In this document: positions 29,775 through 40,294 of the stretch, one piece after another
Layout: each line of letters begins with the position of its first letter
Numbering within the stretch: the stretch's first letter is position 1
NCBI GenBank assembly: GCA_022684035.1
Contig: JAJHSB010000080.1
Location: 1-60,530 of the forward strand
From: Candidatus Acetothermia bacterium
GTDB taxonomy: Bacteria > Bipolaricaulota > Bipolaricaulia > UBA7950
Length of the DNA stretch: 60,530 nt
Direction: 5' to 3'
Translations under genes and position numbers: made by a program
Notes under the pieces: model-generated
What the model was told of the DNA's origin: nothing
Databases searched by the model: none
Seen by the model: only the letters and a program-made list of their open reading frames with translations

Positions 29775-32168
29775 TTACCGTGCATACTTATTACGGTCCT
29801 TATCTTCATACATCAGTCTGTCTGCTTCACGTAAAAGTTTCTCCAGTTCTTGCTTGTCATTTGCTTGCCTGGTTACGCTGCCGATACTGAGCCCGATATT
29901 CAATTGGGAACAGAAAAGATCATGACTGAGCTGCTGTACATGCTCTTTGAGTCGCCGGGCAATCAATTCGATCTCTCCCTCCTTCGTCTCCGGCAGTAAG
30001 ATCAGAAATTCATCTCCTCCATAACGGATCACTCGATCGGTTGAACGCACGTTTTTCTGCAATATATCAGCTACTCTTTGGAGGACTTCATCTCCCTTTA
30101 GATGGCCAAACTTGTCGTTGACTCTTTTCAACTCATCTATATCGATCATCATGAAGGAGAGGGGCCGATTATAGCGGTCGGTTCGTGCCAGTTCCTGATC
30201 GATAATTATGTTGAAATAATGACGATTGTACAGCCCGGTCAGAGCGTCGTGGATCGCTTGCCGGCGTAATTCTTCTTGTGCACAGATGTTACTGATTGCA
30301 ACGGCAAGTATGCTGGCGATCGACTCCGCGACTTGGCGGTCCTGCGCATCGAACCGCGCCAGTTGAGCGCTTTCAATATTCAGCACTCCGAGCAGTTTCT
30401 CGCGGTGAATGATCGGAACAGCGAGCTCCGAGCGCGTCTCTCCATATCCGAGGACATAGCGATCATTCTTGGTAACATCGTCGACGATTACGCTCTCTCT
30501 GTGCTTGGCAACCCACCCTACTATCCCGCGGTCAAAGCTGAATTTATCTTTTACCTTGACCCGCTGACTCGTTTCGAGACGGCGCAGTCCCAAGACGATC
30601 AATTCAGAACCCTCTTTGAGAAGGATAGCAGTTAGATAGTAACCGAAATGTTCGTCGAGCCAATCGAGTGTAATCTCTGTTAACTCAAAGAGCGTATCGA
30701 TCTGAGCAAGCTGTTGGCTGAACGTATATATGCGCTGGAGTTCATCATGTCTCCTTAGGTTAACGATACCGCTTGTCAACTGACTTGCCACTGCAGTCAA
30801 AAATTTGACATCTTCCTGCGTGAAGTAAGCAAGTCGCTTGCTCTCCATTTGCATTAGACCAATTATTTCTTCCTTGTCAATCATCGGGATAATAACTTCA
30901 GAATGCGCAGTCCGGCAAAGTCTGCTATGCCGCTCGTCTTCGCTGACATCAGGGATCACCAGTAGTGTACCCTGCCGTGCCACCCAGGGAATGACTCCTT
31001 GATCATCCAGGGAGATACGTGTTCCAGTAGTAATCCATTCGTCTCCTGCCGGATCAACCACGGCAACAACAGCGCGGGCCACCAGTTCGTTTGATTCTTT
31101 CAACCATATCGCTCCAAAATCATACGCAAAATAATCCTGCAAGCGGTGTAAGGTTGACTCGAGTAAGGTAGGGATATTGACTGCGTCAATCATTATTTGG
31201 CCAAAATCATAGAACTGATGCAGTCTTTCTTGTAGTTTCTCCAACTGCTGTAATCTATAGACTCGCTCGATCGCCAATGCCGCCATATTGACCAAAATAC
31301 CAATCGGCTCTAATGCTGCGATTGTCGGGATATTCCCGCCGTCATGCGGAGCATCGATCGACAAATGGCCGATGATCCCTTTTTCGCTACGCAGAGGAAT
31401 GAGCAGAAGATCATCTCTGTGCCATCCCGCAGTCATTGCCTTACCTTGAGCACCATGTGGATTCTGCCAGGGGGTCTTGGCGTGGGGAACATAATAAGCA
31501 GGTCCATATTCAAATTCCTTTGTAAAGAGGTAATGGCGGTCATGTGGGGAGAGACCTCTATTTTCCATTCGACGTTGAATATCTTGTGGTGAGATACCAG
31601 CGGCAACGACTGTGCACACTTTCCCATCGATCGGCGATGGAAGCGACAGATCATACAATGAGAGAGCGGCACGGGGAAAATTACTGTGAAGAACGACGGT
31701 ATCAACGATTATCTGAAGGATGTGATCAATATTACTCTCTGTGAGGATCGTTGTTGCCACTTTTAGAATAGCCTGTTGCAGCTGTTCCAACCTACGGACA
31801 GAAGAGGATATATTGTGCAGTAAACGTTGTTTTTCACTGGCATAATCGATCATCTGTTTCAGTTGGGAAACAGAAATCAGCTCCGCCTGGTTGTCAATTG
31901 TCGTCTTCCTGTTTTGTGTGGTGACCACTATTATCTGGTCTTTAGGAGAGGTTTGCTCAATCTTAGTGCGGATAGCAGCCTCTGCCACGCCGGCAAGGAT
32001 GACGAGATCGAACTGCTCCTCTTGCAATATGATGAGGGCCTCTTGTTCATCTCTTACCTCTTTTACATAGTAGTTATCATGGCGGAGAAGGGCAGCAAGT
32101 GGGTGGCATCGCTCTCTTTTATCGGTGACAAGGAGGATTTTTCTTCCTGTGCCGGCAGTTGTGGTCAT
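29775..32168 (-). CDS. Diguanylate cyclase: pseudo-receiver, ~3 GAF domains, GGDEF
   Basis: DALTGLYNR, MIDID, RSTD I-site, RYGGDEF; GAF signatures (SEVIIPM, SELAVPI). Confidence 0.9.
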   Translation of the reverse strand: MTTTAGTGRKILLVTDKRERCHPLAALLRHDNYYVKEVRDEQEALIILQEEQFDLVILAGVAEAAIRTKIEQTSPKDQIIVVTTQNRKTTIDNQAELISVSQLKQMIDYASEKQRLLHNISSSVRRLEQLQQAILKVATTILTESNIDHILQIIVDTVVLHSNFPRAALSLYDLSLPSPIDGKVCTVVAAGISPQDIQRRMENRGLSPHDRHYLFTKEFEYGPAYYVPHAKTPWQNPHGAQGKAMTAGWHRDDLLLIPLRSEKGIIGHLSIDAPHDGGNIPTIAALEPIGILVNMAALAIERVYRLQQLEKLQERLHQFYDFGQIMIDAVNIPTLLESTLHRLQDYFAYDFGAIWLKESNELVARAVVAVVDPAGDEWITTGTRISLDDQGVIPWVARQGTLLVIPDVSEDERHSRLCRTAHSEVIIPMIDKEEIIGLMQMESKRLAYFTQEDVKFLTAVASQLTSGIVNLRRHDELQRIYTFSQQLAQIDTLFELTEITLDWLDEHFGYYLTAILLKEGSELIVLGLRRLETSQRVKVKDKFSFDRGIVGWVAKHRESVIVDDVTKNDRYVLGYGETRSELAVPIIHREKLLGVLNIESAQLARFDAQDRQVAESIASILAVAISNICAQEELRRQAIHDALTGLYNRHYFNIIIDQELARTDRYNRPLSFMMIDIDELKRVNDKFGHLKGDEVLQRVADILQKNVRSTDRVIRYGGDEFLILLPETKEGEIELIARRLKEHVQQLSHDLFCSQLNIGLSIGSVTRQANDKQELEKLLREADRLMYEDKDRNKYAR

Positions 32169-33067
32169 AGGATTATCTCCTCTTTGGTGAGGATTTCTAT
32201 CTCATCTTTATCCTCTGTCCAATCTTTACGGATTCGCACTACCAGATCAAGAAAGACGTTTGTTCCGAGAAGTATTTCGATATCACGGCGGGCGCGGGTA
32301 CCGATCTCTTTGATCATTGCGCCGCCTTTTCCGATGATTATTCCTCGTTGTGACTTACGCGCAACGTATATCTCAGCGCGGATATGCGCTGACGCAGCAG
32401 ATCGTTGCTCAATCTCTTTTACACGTACGGCAGTTGAATACGGCAGTTCTTGAAAAGTGAGTTGAATAATCTTCTCACGGATCAATTCACTGACCAGAAA
32501 CTCTTCGCTTTGGTCGGTCGTCATATCGACGGGGAAATAGGCCGGCCGGTGTGGCAGATAACCGATTATCGTGCGTAATGCCTCAGTGAGATTCGTTCCC
32601 TTTTGCGCTGATATTGGAATCAATTTGGCAAAGATATCGGTACGCGCATAAGCGAGTAATGTCTCTTCCAATGCATTCCCGCTTGCGCGGTCAATTTTAT
32701 TAACGAGCAGGATAATCGGTTTATCATGATCTGTTAACCGGTCTAACAGAAGCGTATCATAGGCTGACAACTTGCCCCACGGCTCAACCATATAGAGAAT
32801 GAGGTCGAGTTCACGCAGCGCGCGATAGGCTTGTCGCAAAATATGACGACTCAATTTGGTATGCGGACGATGGAGGCCAGGGGTGTCAACAAAGACGATC
32901 TGGACGTTCTCGCAATTATAAATACAGCGAATGCGGTTTCGTGTCGTCTGTGGCTTAGGCGATGTGATCACCAATTTCTTTCCTAAAATAGCATTGACAA
33001 ATGTCGATTTGCCGACATTTGTCTGGCCGATAACACCGACGAACCCAGAGCTAAAGGATTCCATCAA
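32165..33067 (-). CDS. era: GTPase Era
   Basis: GQTNVGKST, PQTTRN, VDTPG, NKID, KH domain IIIGKGGAMIKEIG. Confidence 0.96.
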   Translation of the reverse strand: MMESFSSGFVGVIGQTNVGKSTFVNAILGKKLVITSPKPQTTRNRIRCIYNCENVQIVFVDTPGLHRPHTKLSRHILRQAYRALRELDLILYMVEPWGKLSAYDTLLLDRLTDHDKPIILLVNKIDRASGNALEETLLAYARTDIFAKLIPISAQKGTNLTEALRTIIGYLPHRPAYFPVDMTTDQSEEFLVSELIREKIIQLTFQELPYSTAVRVKEIEQRSAASAHIRAEIYVARKSQRGIIIGKGGAMIKEIGTRARRDIEILLGTNVFLDLVVRIRKDWTEDKDEIEILTKEEIIL

Positions 33068-34607
33068 TCAGTTCTCCATCTTTAACGGCGCGAGTCAGGC
33101 GATCGATATCCCGAGCAAGGAACCTATCTTCGGCAAGGTGGGGGACAAGAGAGCGAATTCGCTTGTAGACCTGTCGTGTCGGTTCAGCAAGACGGTCAGA
33201 GAGACGAAAATCGAGCGCTTGCGCGGCACAGAGAAATGTGATCGCCACCACTCGTTCTACGTTCTCGATCACTCGCAAACTCTTAGCAGCAGCGATCGAC
33301 CCCATGCTGTTATGGTCCTCTTTGCCTCCTGAGGTGGGAATCGAATCGACCCCGGCCGGATGGCAGAGGATTTTGTTCTCACTGACTAAAGCTGCTGCCG
33401 TATACTGAGCAATCATCAGACCGGAGTTAATTCCATTATTTTCCACGAGAAAGAGTGGTAGGCCTCGATCAGAGCTTGTCAGCAAGCGGTCGGTCTGCCG
33501 CTCAGCGATGCTGCCGATTTCAGCGATCGCCATCGCTGTCATATCGAGTGTGAGAGCAAGGATTTGTCCATGAAAGTTACCACCGGAGATTACTGTTCCA
33601 TCACTCCAGATAAGCGGATTATCAGTAGCAGAATTAATTTCTATTGTAATCTTCTCTGCCAGAAAGGCGAGCGCCTCCCATGCCGGGCCAAGTATCTGTG
33701 GCAAGCAGCGTAGTGAATAAGCATCTTGCACCTCTTGCGAATTACAACAGTCTGTTTCTGCTGGATCATACCGGTCATTTGAGCGGTTGTTGAATGATCC
33801 GTCTATTTTCCGCACCAGTCGGCTGCCGTTAATCATGTGGCGGATAAGCCGAGCAATTTCGACTTGCCCAGGATGCGGTCGGACAGCATGGAGCCGTTCG
33901 TCAAACGGAGTAGTGAAGCCTTGTAGTCCTTCCAGAACGAGTGCACCAACGGCAACAGCATTCTTAAGCAGCCGTTTGCCGCGGAGTAAGGAGAGAAACC
34001 CGAGTGCACTCATGTATTGAGTTCCATTAAGCAGCGCCAGCCCTTCCTTCGGAGCTAAATCGAGTGCTGATCGATTGATCAACTTAAGGGCCTCTGTCGC
34101 GCTGATTACTCGTCCATTGTGCTCTGCCTCACCCTCACCGAGGAGGATTGCCGCCATATGGGCAAGTGGGATCAGATCACCGGATGAACCGACCGACCCT
34201 TGGTGCGGAATAAGTGGATGAATTTTGTGGTTAAGTAGCTGGACCAGATAATCGATCGTCGTTAAGCGAATCCCTGATAATCCCTTAAGGAGCGAATTTA
34301 TGCGAAAGAGGATCATTGCACGTACTGCTTCGGTCGGTAAAGGCTCTCCTACGCCGGTGCTGTGGCTTAAAATTATATTGCGCTGTAATCTTCCTAAGTT
34401 ATCAACAGGAATAGCTCGATCACTCAATTTACCGCACCCGGTATTGATCCCATAAGCGGGACGGCGCGTGGTAACGATCTTCTCTACCATTGTTGCTGAT
34501 TTGTCGACACAACAGCGCCCAGCAGCAGTGATGATAACCGGATGTTGTGCGATGATCACTCTTTCCGCTTGGTCTAATGTCAAATTATTTCCATCTAATT
34601 CGATCAT
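33051..34607 (-). CDS. hutH: Histidine ammonia-lyase (MIO triad Ser-Ser-Gly)
   Basis: YGINTGCG, ILSHSTG, GSVGSSGDL, KEGLALLNGT, QDAYSLRC, SGGNFHG, EDHNSMG. Confidence 0.88.
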   Translation of the reverse strand: MIELDGNNLTLDQAERVIIAQHPVIITAAGRCCVDKSATMVEKIVTTRRPAYGINTGCGKLSDRAIPVDNLGRLQRNIILSHSTGVGEPLPTEAVRAMILFRINSLLKGLSGIRLTTIDYLVQLLNHKIHPLIPHQGSVGSSGDLIPLAHMAAILLGEGEAEHNGRVISATEALKLINRSALDLAPKEGLALLNGTQYMSALGFLSLLRGKRLLKNAVAVGALVLEGLQGFTTPFDERLHAVRPHPGQVEIARLIRHMINGSRLVRKIDGSFNNRSNDRYDPAETDCCNSQEVQDAYSLRCLPQILGPAWEALAFLAEKITIEINSATDNPLIWSDGTVISGGNFHGQILALTLDMTAMAIAEIGSIAERQTDRLLTSSDRGLPLFLVENNGINSGLMIAQYTAAALVSENKILCHPAGVDSIPTSGGKEDHNSMGSIAAAKSLRVIENVERVVAITFLCAAQALDFRLSDRLAEPTRQVYKRIRSLVPHLAEDRFLARDIDRLTRAVKDGELIDGIL

Positions 34608-34651
34608 CAGTCTCTTGCCGTCCTTTAGAATGGAATAAGTAGAAATTATTC

Positions 34652-34707
34652 AGGTTCAAAGGTTTGGTGATTAACCGTGAACCTCTGCACTGCCATCTGA
34701 TAACCTA
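34652..34707. repeat. Short hairpin of the ggttca/tgaacc family
   Basis: aggttcaaaggtt...aaccgtgaacct followed by ctgataacc, as at 9497-9525. Confidence 0.55.
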
Positions 34708-34866
34708 AGAGTTACAATTATCACCCCTTGCTTTATCACTGGAACCAGTATTTGAGAAAATCTTTCGTAACAGACAGGACATCATCAGTATTTATTCTTG
34801 CCTTCTTAAGCATCTGTTTTTTCATATTCCTCATTATATGTTATAATATAGCTTCTATCAACTTAG

Positions 34867-34895
34867 TTGTAAAATTTCTCCTATCTTATTATACT
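34867..34895 (+). promoter_or_regulatory. sigma70 promoter giving a near-leaderless hutI mRNA
   Basis: TTGTAA(34867-34872)-17 nt-TATACT(34890-34895); ATG at 34905 with no SD. Confidence 0.6.
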
Positions 34896-34904
34896 ATTTC
34901 GATC

Positions 34905-36131
34905 ATGAGTACCATAATAACTAATATCGGTCAATTGGTTACCCCAATTGGTAAATCTCCTCTCAATGGCAAAAAGATGAACGAACTATCCTTGCACAAG
35001 GATATTCAAATATCGATTAAAGATGGGAAGATAGTAGCAGTGGAGGTAAGGGGAAGCAAGACCGATTCGGGTGGTTTGATCATTGATGCCGGCGGAGGAG
35101 TAGTTATTCCCGGTTTGGTTGATCCGCATACGCATGCTGTCTTTGCCGGCACGCGGGAAGAGGAATTTCTTGCTCGTTGTCAGGGTGAAGAGTACACTGG
35201 AGGAGGAATCGGTTCTACTGCCCGCAGCGTCGCGCAGATAAGCGAGGAAGAGCTAATAAAAAGTGCTTCCCATCGGCTTAAGGAGATGCTCTCCCACGGA
35301 ACGACGACAGTTGAGATAAAGAGTGGCTATGGTCTCGATATGGAGAATGAGATTAAGCTACTTAATGTGATCAAGCGATTAAGCAAGGAGAATAGACTCC
35401 GCCTTGTAGCAACATTCCTCGGCGCGCATGCGTTTCCCAGCGGTATGCATCGGGCTGACTATATCTCGTTGATCATCACCACGATGATTCCCTATGTGAG
35501 CCGGTACCGGTTAGCCAAGTTCTGTGATGTCTTCTGTGACAGTGGGTTTTATACGATCGATGAGGCTCGCACCATCTTACGGGCAGCACGCGGCGCCGGT
35601 CTATTGCTCAAGCTTCATGCTGACGAACTTGCCTCAACCGGCGGAGCTGAACTCGCGGCACAACTTAAGGTTACTTCTGCTGATCATCTGCTACATATCT
35701 CCGATCGTGGAATTGCAGCACTGAAAGAGGCTGGTGTAATCGCTGTTCTCCTTCCCGGGACCGCCTTCTCACTTAATAAACGATATGCGCCGGCAAGAAA
35801 GATGATCGACACCGGCTTGCCAATTGCGTTGGCCAGCGACTTCAACCCGGGCACATGCTTGATAAATTCGCAATTGATCATTATTGGTCTGGCAGTACTG
35901 AAGATGGGGCTTACGATCGAAGAAGCGCTCACTGCTGCTACTCTCAATGCTGCTGCTGCGTTGGAGATGGCAGATAGAATCGGTTCACTGGAAGAGGGAA
36001 AATCAGCCGATCTGGTGATCCTTGCGCTTGATAATTACCGCCAAATCCCGTATTTTTTCGGGCACAATCCAGTGATGAAAGTGCTGATCAATGGACAATT
36101 AGTCTGGGATAGAAACAGGGATAGATATTGA
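34905..36131 (+). CDS. hutI: Imidazolonepropionase
   Basis: PGLVDPHTH.VFAG.R.EEF, HGTTTVEIKSGYGL, HADEL, ASDFNPG. Confidence 0.94.
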   Translation: MSTIITNIGQLVTPIGKSPLNGKKMNELSLHKDIQISIKDGKIVAVEVRGSKTDSGGLIIDAGGGVVIPGLVDPHTHAVFAGTREEEFLARCQGEEYTGGGIGSTARSVAQISEEELIKSASHRLKEMLSHGTTTVEIKSGYGLDMENEIKLLNVIKRLSKENRLRLVATFLGAHAFPSGMHRADYISLIITTMIPYVSRYRLAKFCDVFCDSGFYTIDEARTILRAARGAGLLLKLHADELASTGGAELAAQLKVTSADHLLHISDRGIAALKEAGVIAVLLPGTAFSLNKRYAPARKMIDTGLPIALASDFNPGTCLINSQLIIIGLAVLKMGLTIEEALTAATLNAAAALEMADRIGSLEEGKSADLVILALDNYRQIPYFFGHNPVMKVLINGQLVWDRNRDRY

Positions 36132-37036
36132 TGACCGAAGAAGAGACTGGGCTGCTGACGATCGATGCTTACGCTAAACTTAACTTTGCCCTACGAGTTA
36201 TCAATCGCGATGCCGACGGCTACCACGAGATTGAATCGCTTGTACAAACAATTGATCTTGCTGATACAATCAAACTTTGCGTGACTCAATCGCCGAATGG
36301 ACAATTGAGCGGCTCGTTAATTAAGGTCGATAATGAGCTTGTAGCCTCACAACAGGATGATTTGGCCTACAAGGCTGCGCAGGCGATCTTGGCAGCTAAG
36401 GAGAGTGACGTCGCAGTGCAGATTAGCATTAAGAAACGGATTCCGATCGGCGCTGGATTGGGAGGAGGAAGCAGTGATGGAGCGGCAGTCTTGCTGGGGC
36501 TCGATAGATTAATCGCGCCGAGATTACTACCGGATGAACTCCTCGCCATTGCCGCCAAGCTCGGTTCTGATCTGCCACTCTTTCTTTTTGGAGGACTGAT
36601 GTTGATTCGTGGACGGGGGGAGAGAGTGACTCCTTTACCTCCTCTATTCACTCAGACAATCCTCCTTGTCGTGCCGCCGTTTAGCTGTGATACCACACGT
36701 GTTTATCAACGATACGATCAACAGAGAGCCAGCAAGAGTTTGCTTGGCAACCGCTCGCTTGGTGCGGTGGTCCCCGGCAGAGGCAGTGATAATGATCTAG
36801 AAGCAGCAGCGCTCGACCTCTATCCACAGCTTAATCCCTATCGAGAAGTAGTTGCTAAGCTCGGCAGTGATCTGTATGGGATGAGTGGAAGTGGATCTTC
36901 TTTTTACGTTGCTTTCTCTTCTTACCAACGGGCAAAGCGATCAACTGAGCAAGTAAAGGCTGATCTTCCGCATGCAACGACTTATCTTTGCCGGCCAGTG
37001 GTGACAGGAATGAAGTTCACGCGAGGTATACGATGA
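36131..37036 (+). CDS. ispE: 4-diphosphocytidyl-2-C-methyl-D-erythritol kinase
   Basis: AKLNFAL, YHEIESL, IPIGAGLGGGSSD, MSGSGSS. Confidence 0.94.
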   Translation: MTEEETGLLTIDAYAKLNFALRVINRDADGYHEIESLVQTIDLADTIKLCVTQSPNGQLSGSLIKVDNELVASQQDDLAYKAAQAILAAKESDVAVQISIKKRIPIGAGLGGGSSDGAAVLLGLDRLIAPRLLPDELLAIAAKLGSDLPLFLFGGLMLIRGRGERVTPLPPLFTQTILLVVPPFSCDTTRVYQRYDQQRASKSLLGNRSLGAVVPGRGSDNDLEAAALDLYPQLNPYREVVAKLGSDLYGMSGSGSSFYVAFSSYQRAKRSTEQVKADLPHATTYLCRPVVTGMKFTRGIR

Positions 37037-37650
37037 AAATTGCAATCGACGGTCCTGCTTCTTCAGGAAAAACGAGTCTCGGCCGACGGTTAGCAGCTCA
37101 TTATAATTGTCTATTTGTTGATACAGGTGCAATGTACCGCGCGCTTGCATTAGGCGTTGACCGCGGCCTTGCATTAGAGGAGATCGAAATTATCTTGGAC
37201 GAAGAAGGAAAGATCTTTCTCAACGGAGAAGAGGTGACCGCCTTGCTGCGCAACCAGCGCATCGACCAACTCTCTTCTGAGATGGCAATGGATGCCAAAG
37301 TGCGACGGAAATTGGTCCGGATGCAACGACAATTGGCAAAAGAGAAAGACGTCGTTATGGAAGGACGCGATATCGGCACTATTGTTCTTCCGGATGCAGA
37401 GATCAAGATATTCCTTGTGGCATCTCCAAGCGAACGGGCGCAGCGACGAGCACAAGAGCGCAGCGATTCAGATATTGATGGTATCGCAAATGAGATTGCT
37501 CTTCGAGACGCACGTGATATCGGCCGATCGATCTCCCCCTTGAAACCCGCTACGGATGCAATTACAATCATTACAGATAAAAAGAGTCTTCAAGAGGTTG
37601 CTATTGAAGCAATCGACCTGATCGAAAAAAGGATAAAGTATTTGCGATAG
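37033..37650 (+). CDS. cmk: Cytidylate kinase
   Basis: IAIDGPASSGKTS, DTGAMYRA, VMEGRDIGT. Confidence 0.95.
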   Translation: MKIAIDGPASSGKTSLGRRLAAHYNCLFVDTGAMYRALALGVDRGLALEEIEIILDEEGKIFLNGEEVTALLRNQRIDQLSSEMAMDAKVRRKLVRMQRQLAKEKDVVMEGRDIGTIVLPDAEIKIFLVASPSERAQRRAQERSDSDIDGIANEIALRDARDIGRSISPLKPATDAITIITDKKSLQEVAIEAIDLIEKRIKYLR

Positions 37651-38301
37651 ATGCAGCACGCGAAAGAACTATGCAAAACAATTATTTACTTTGTCAGCAC
37701 CTACATTCTATTGGTAGTGATGAAAATTCTCTTTCATCTACGTATTAATGGGAGAGAGAAGGTAGAGAAGGGGAAGGAATATATTATTGTAACCCGACAC
37801 CGTAGTTATTGGGACATTCCATTATTGGCAGTTGCTCTGGGAGGACGACGGAAGATCCATTTTATCTCCCAGAAAAAATTGTTGAAAAACCCATTTTTTT
37901 ATCTATTGCTCAAGGCATATAGCACAATAATTGATCGCGATAACTTCAAACGCGACGATTTTAGAAAGATAATCGCAACATTAAATAGAAACAAGTTAAT
38001 CGGAATCTTTCCCGAAGGGACGACACGTGTCAAAAAAGAGGCCAAAACAGGTGTGATCCACTTTGCTGAGATGTCAGGGAAAGAAATTTTGCCGGTTAAT
38101 ATCCAGGCAAAAGGATCTTATCCGCCGCGCTATCCGTTTCGCTTGCCCTCCATCTCTATTTCCATTGGACATCCATTCGCTGTCGCTGAACTGAAGCGAG
38201 AAGACTCACTATCGCTATGCCGAGAGAAGATGGCAACGCAAGAGAGACGTTATTACCAACGCTTAAGTAAATTGGTGATGGAACGGATCGATAGTGCATA
38301 A
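37651..38301 (+). CDS. plsC: 1-acyl-sn-glycerol-3-phosphate acyltransferase (PlsC family)
   Basis: HRSYWD (HxxxxD) and FPEGT motifs. Confidence 0.85.
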   Translation: MQHAKELCKTIIYFVSTYILLVVMKILFHLRINGREKVEKGKEYIIVTRHRSYWDIPLLAVALGGRRKIHFISQKKLLKNPFFYLLLKAYSTIIDRDNFKRDDFRKIIATLNRNKLIGIFPEGTTRVKKEAKTGVIHFAEMSGKEILPVNIQAKGSYPPRYPFRLPSISISIGHPFAVAELKREDSLSLCREKMATQERRYYQRLSKLVMERIDSA

Positions 38302-38601
38302 TCTGCGAAACAGAGAATTGCAAAGAGGGGGGAAAGGTGTAAGGTTCAGGTGATGCGACGCAGGCAGGTGCCCTTACTAAGACGCGGGCGAACAGATAGG
38401 TTCACCCCGATAATTGAGGGAAAACGATGATCAAAGGTAAATGGTAAAATGGATGGTATATAATGTATACTTCATAATCTGATTCCTTTGGCTGATCAAA
38501 TGGCAAAACAGGAGGTCGATCAATAGCACATAGCAGAGCGCCCGCCTCTTCTGATGAACGGGCAATGGAAAAGATAACAGAAAAATAATAGGTGATTTTT
38601 A

Positions 38602-40281
38602 ATGAACAGTCGGATAAAGATGAAAGACGCTTTCATAGAAAGCGATGTTAAAACATATAGTCGCGGGGATACGATTGCCGGAACTATTGTTCAGATCAAT
38701 GACGAGGAGATCCTCGTTGATATCGGTTATAAATCAGAAGGGATTTTGCCGAAACGCGAGTTATCACCGTTCCGTAAAGACGGAAAAGTTGAGGAAGGCG
38801 AAGAGATCGATGTGCTTGTAACTTATATCGATGAGGAGAAAGGAGCTGTTTACGCTTCCGAGAGACAAGCTGAGTATGAAAAACGAGTCGCTTCTCTGAA
38901 CCTTGCGTACCGTGAAGGCAAAACAGTAGAAGGAGAGATAGTTGATGAAGTTCAAGGATCAGGATATCATGTTAACATAGATGGTGTCCGTGCATTCCTG
39001 CCTGGTTCACATCTCGGCAAGACCGGACTCAAAGAGATCAAGAGACTTAAGGGACAGAAGATGATGTTTAAAGTCCTTGAACTATCGCGTGGTGGCAGGA
39101 ATCTCGTCGTCTCTCACACTGCTTATTTGAAAGACTTAGACAAAGAACAGATCAACGAGCTCTTTGCCTCGCTGGATAAAGGTGCGGTAATCGATGGCAA
39201 GATAAAGAGTATTGTTAATTTTGGTATATTCGTGGATATTGGTGGGTTTGAGGGGCTTGTCCATCGCTCTGAAATATCCTGGAAAGATCTTCCTGTCCCG
39301 CCAAAGACGTATAAAGTTGGTGATACTGTTCGCGTTAAGGTGATCGATTTCGATCAGGAGAAGAAGAAAGTTTCGCTCAGTATAAAACAGTTACGCCCTG
39401 ATCCCTGGAAGGATGCTGCTGTTCGGTATCCCGCTGGCACACGGGTAACGGGTACGGTGGTCAGTGTAACAGACTTCGGTGCTTTTGTCCGTTTAGAAGA
39501 GGATATCGAAGGACTTGTACATCTCTCTGAACTCTCATGGAGTTTTCCATCAAAACCCAGCGAAATCGTATCCGAAGGTGATGAAGTCAATGTGGTAGTA
39601 TTAAACTGTAATACGAAAGAGCGCAAAATGAGTCTTTCGATGCGGCGAGCACAACGAGATCCCTGGTGTGATGTCCAAAAGAAGTATCCAAAAGGTACTT
39701 ACGTCCGCGGTGAAGTTACCAAGATCACCGCGTTTGGAGCGTTCATTAAATTAGAAGAGGGCATCGAAGGATTGATCCATATCTCTGAGCTTGCCTGGGA
39801 GCGGATAGTGCGTCCGAGTGATATGCTCAAAGAGGGGGAAATCGTCGAAGCTAAGGTGTTAGAAAGTAATGAAGAAGAACGTCGGATAAGCCTTTCTTTG
39901 CGCGCACTGCAAGCAGATCCTTGGAATGAGTTTCTGGTACAATATGGTATCAATGATTTGGTTGAAGGTGTAGTCACCGAGATCAAAGATTTCGGTGCAT
40001 TTGTGAAGATCACAGAGCATGTTGATGCCTTGATCCACGTTTCAGAGATTACTGAAGAAAGAATTGTAACTCCGCATGATTACTTTGCGATCGGAGACAA
40101 GATCAAAGCGCGTATCATCGGGATTAACGACGTGAAGAAGCAGGTTCGTTTGAGTATGCGAGACTTATCTCTCTCCTCCGGTAAACAGAAACGACCGGAA
40201 CGGATTAACCTCAATCATGAAGGACATAAGGATCTTACGATGAGAGATCTACTGGGGATGATAGATGAAGAAGCAATATAA
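38602..40281 (+). CDS. rpsA: 30S ribosomal protein bS1 (six S1 domains)
   Basis: VDIGYKSEG, repeated FGAFV/GLxHxSE units; downstream of cmk. Confidence 0.96.
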   Translation: MNSRIKMKDAFIESDVKTYSRGDTIAGTIVQINDEEILVDIGYKSEGILPKRELSPFRKDGKVEEGEEIDVLVTYIDEEKGAVYASERQAEYEKRVASLNLAYREGKTVEGEIVDEVQGSGYHVNIDGVRAFLPGSHLGKTGLKEIKRLKGQKMMFKVLELSRGGRNLVVSHTAYLKDLDKEQINELFASLDKGAVIDGKIKSIVNFGIFVDIGGFEGLVHRSEISWKDLPVPPKTYKVGDTVRVKVIDFDQEKKKVSLSIKQLRPDPWKDAAVRYPAGTRVTGTVVSVTDFGAFVRLEEDIEGLVHLSELSWSFPSKPSEIVSEGDEVNVVVLNCNTKERKMSLSMRRAQRDPWCDVQKKYPKGTYVRGEVTKITAFGAFIKLEEGIEGLIHISELAWERIVRPSDMLKEGEIVEAKVLESNEEERRISLSLRALQADPWNEFLVQYGINDLVEGVVTEIKDFGAFVKITEHVDALIHVSEITEERIVTPHDYFAIGDKIKARIIGINDVKKQVRLSMRDLSLSSGKQKRPERINLNHEGHKDLTMRDLLGMIDEEAI

Positions 40282-40294
40282 GAACTATGATCAA

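Noticed and set aside
38341-38410. Possible repeat relic (gcgacgcaggcagg, aggttca twice) upstream of rpsA
   Set aside because: Too short and degenerate to assign to a family or fold convincingly.
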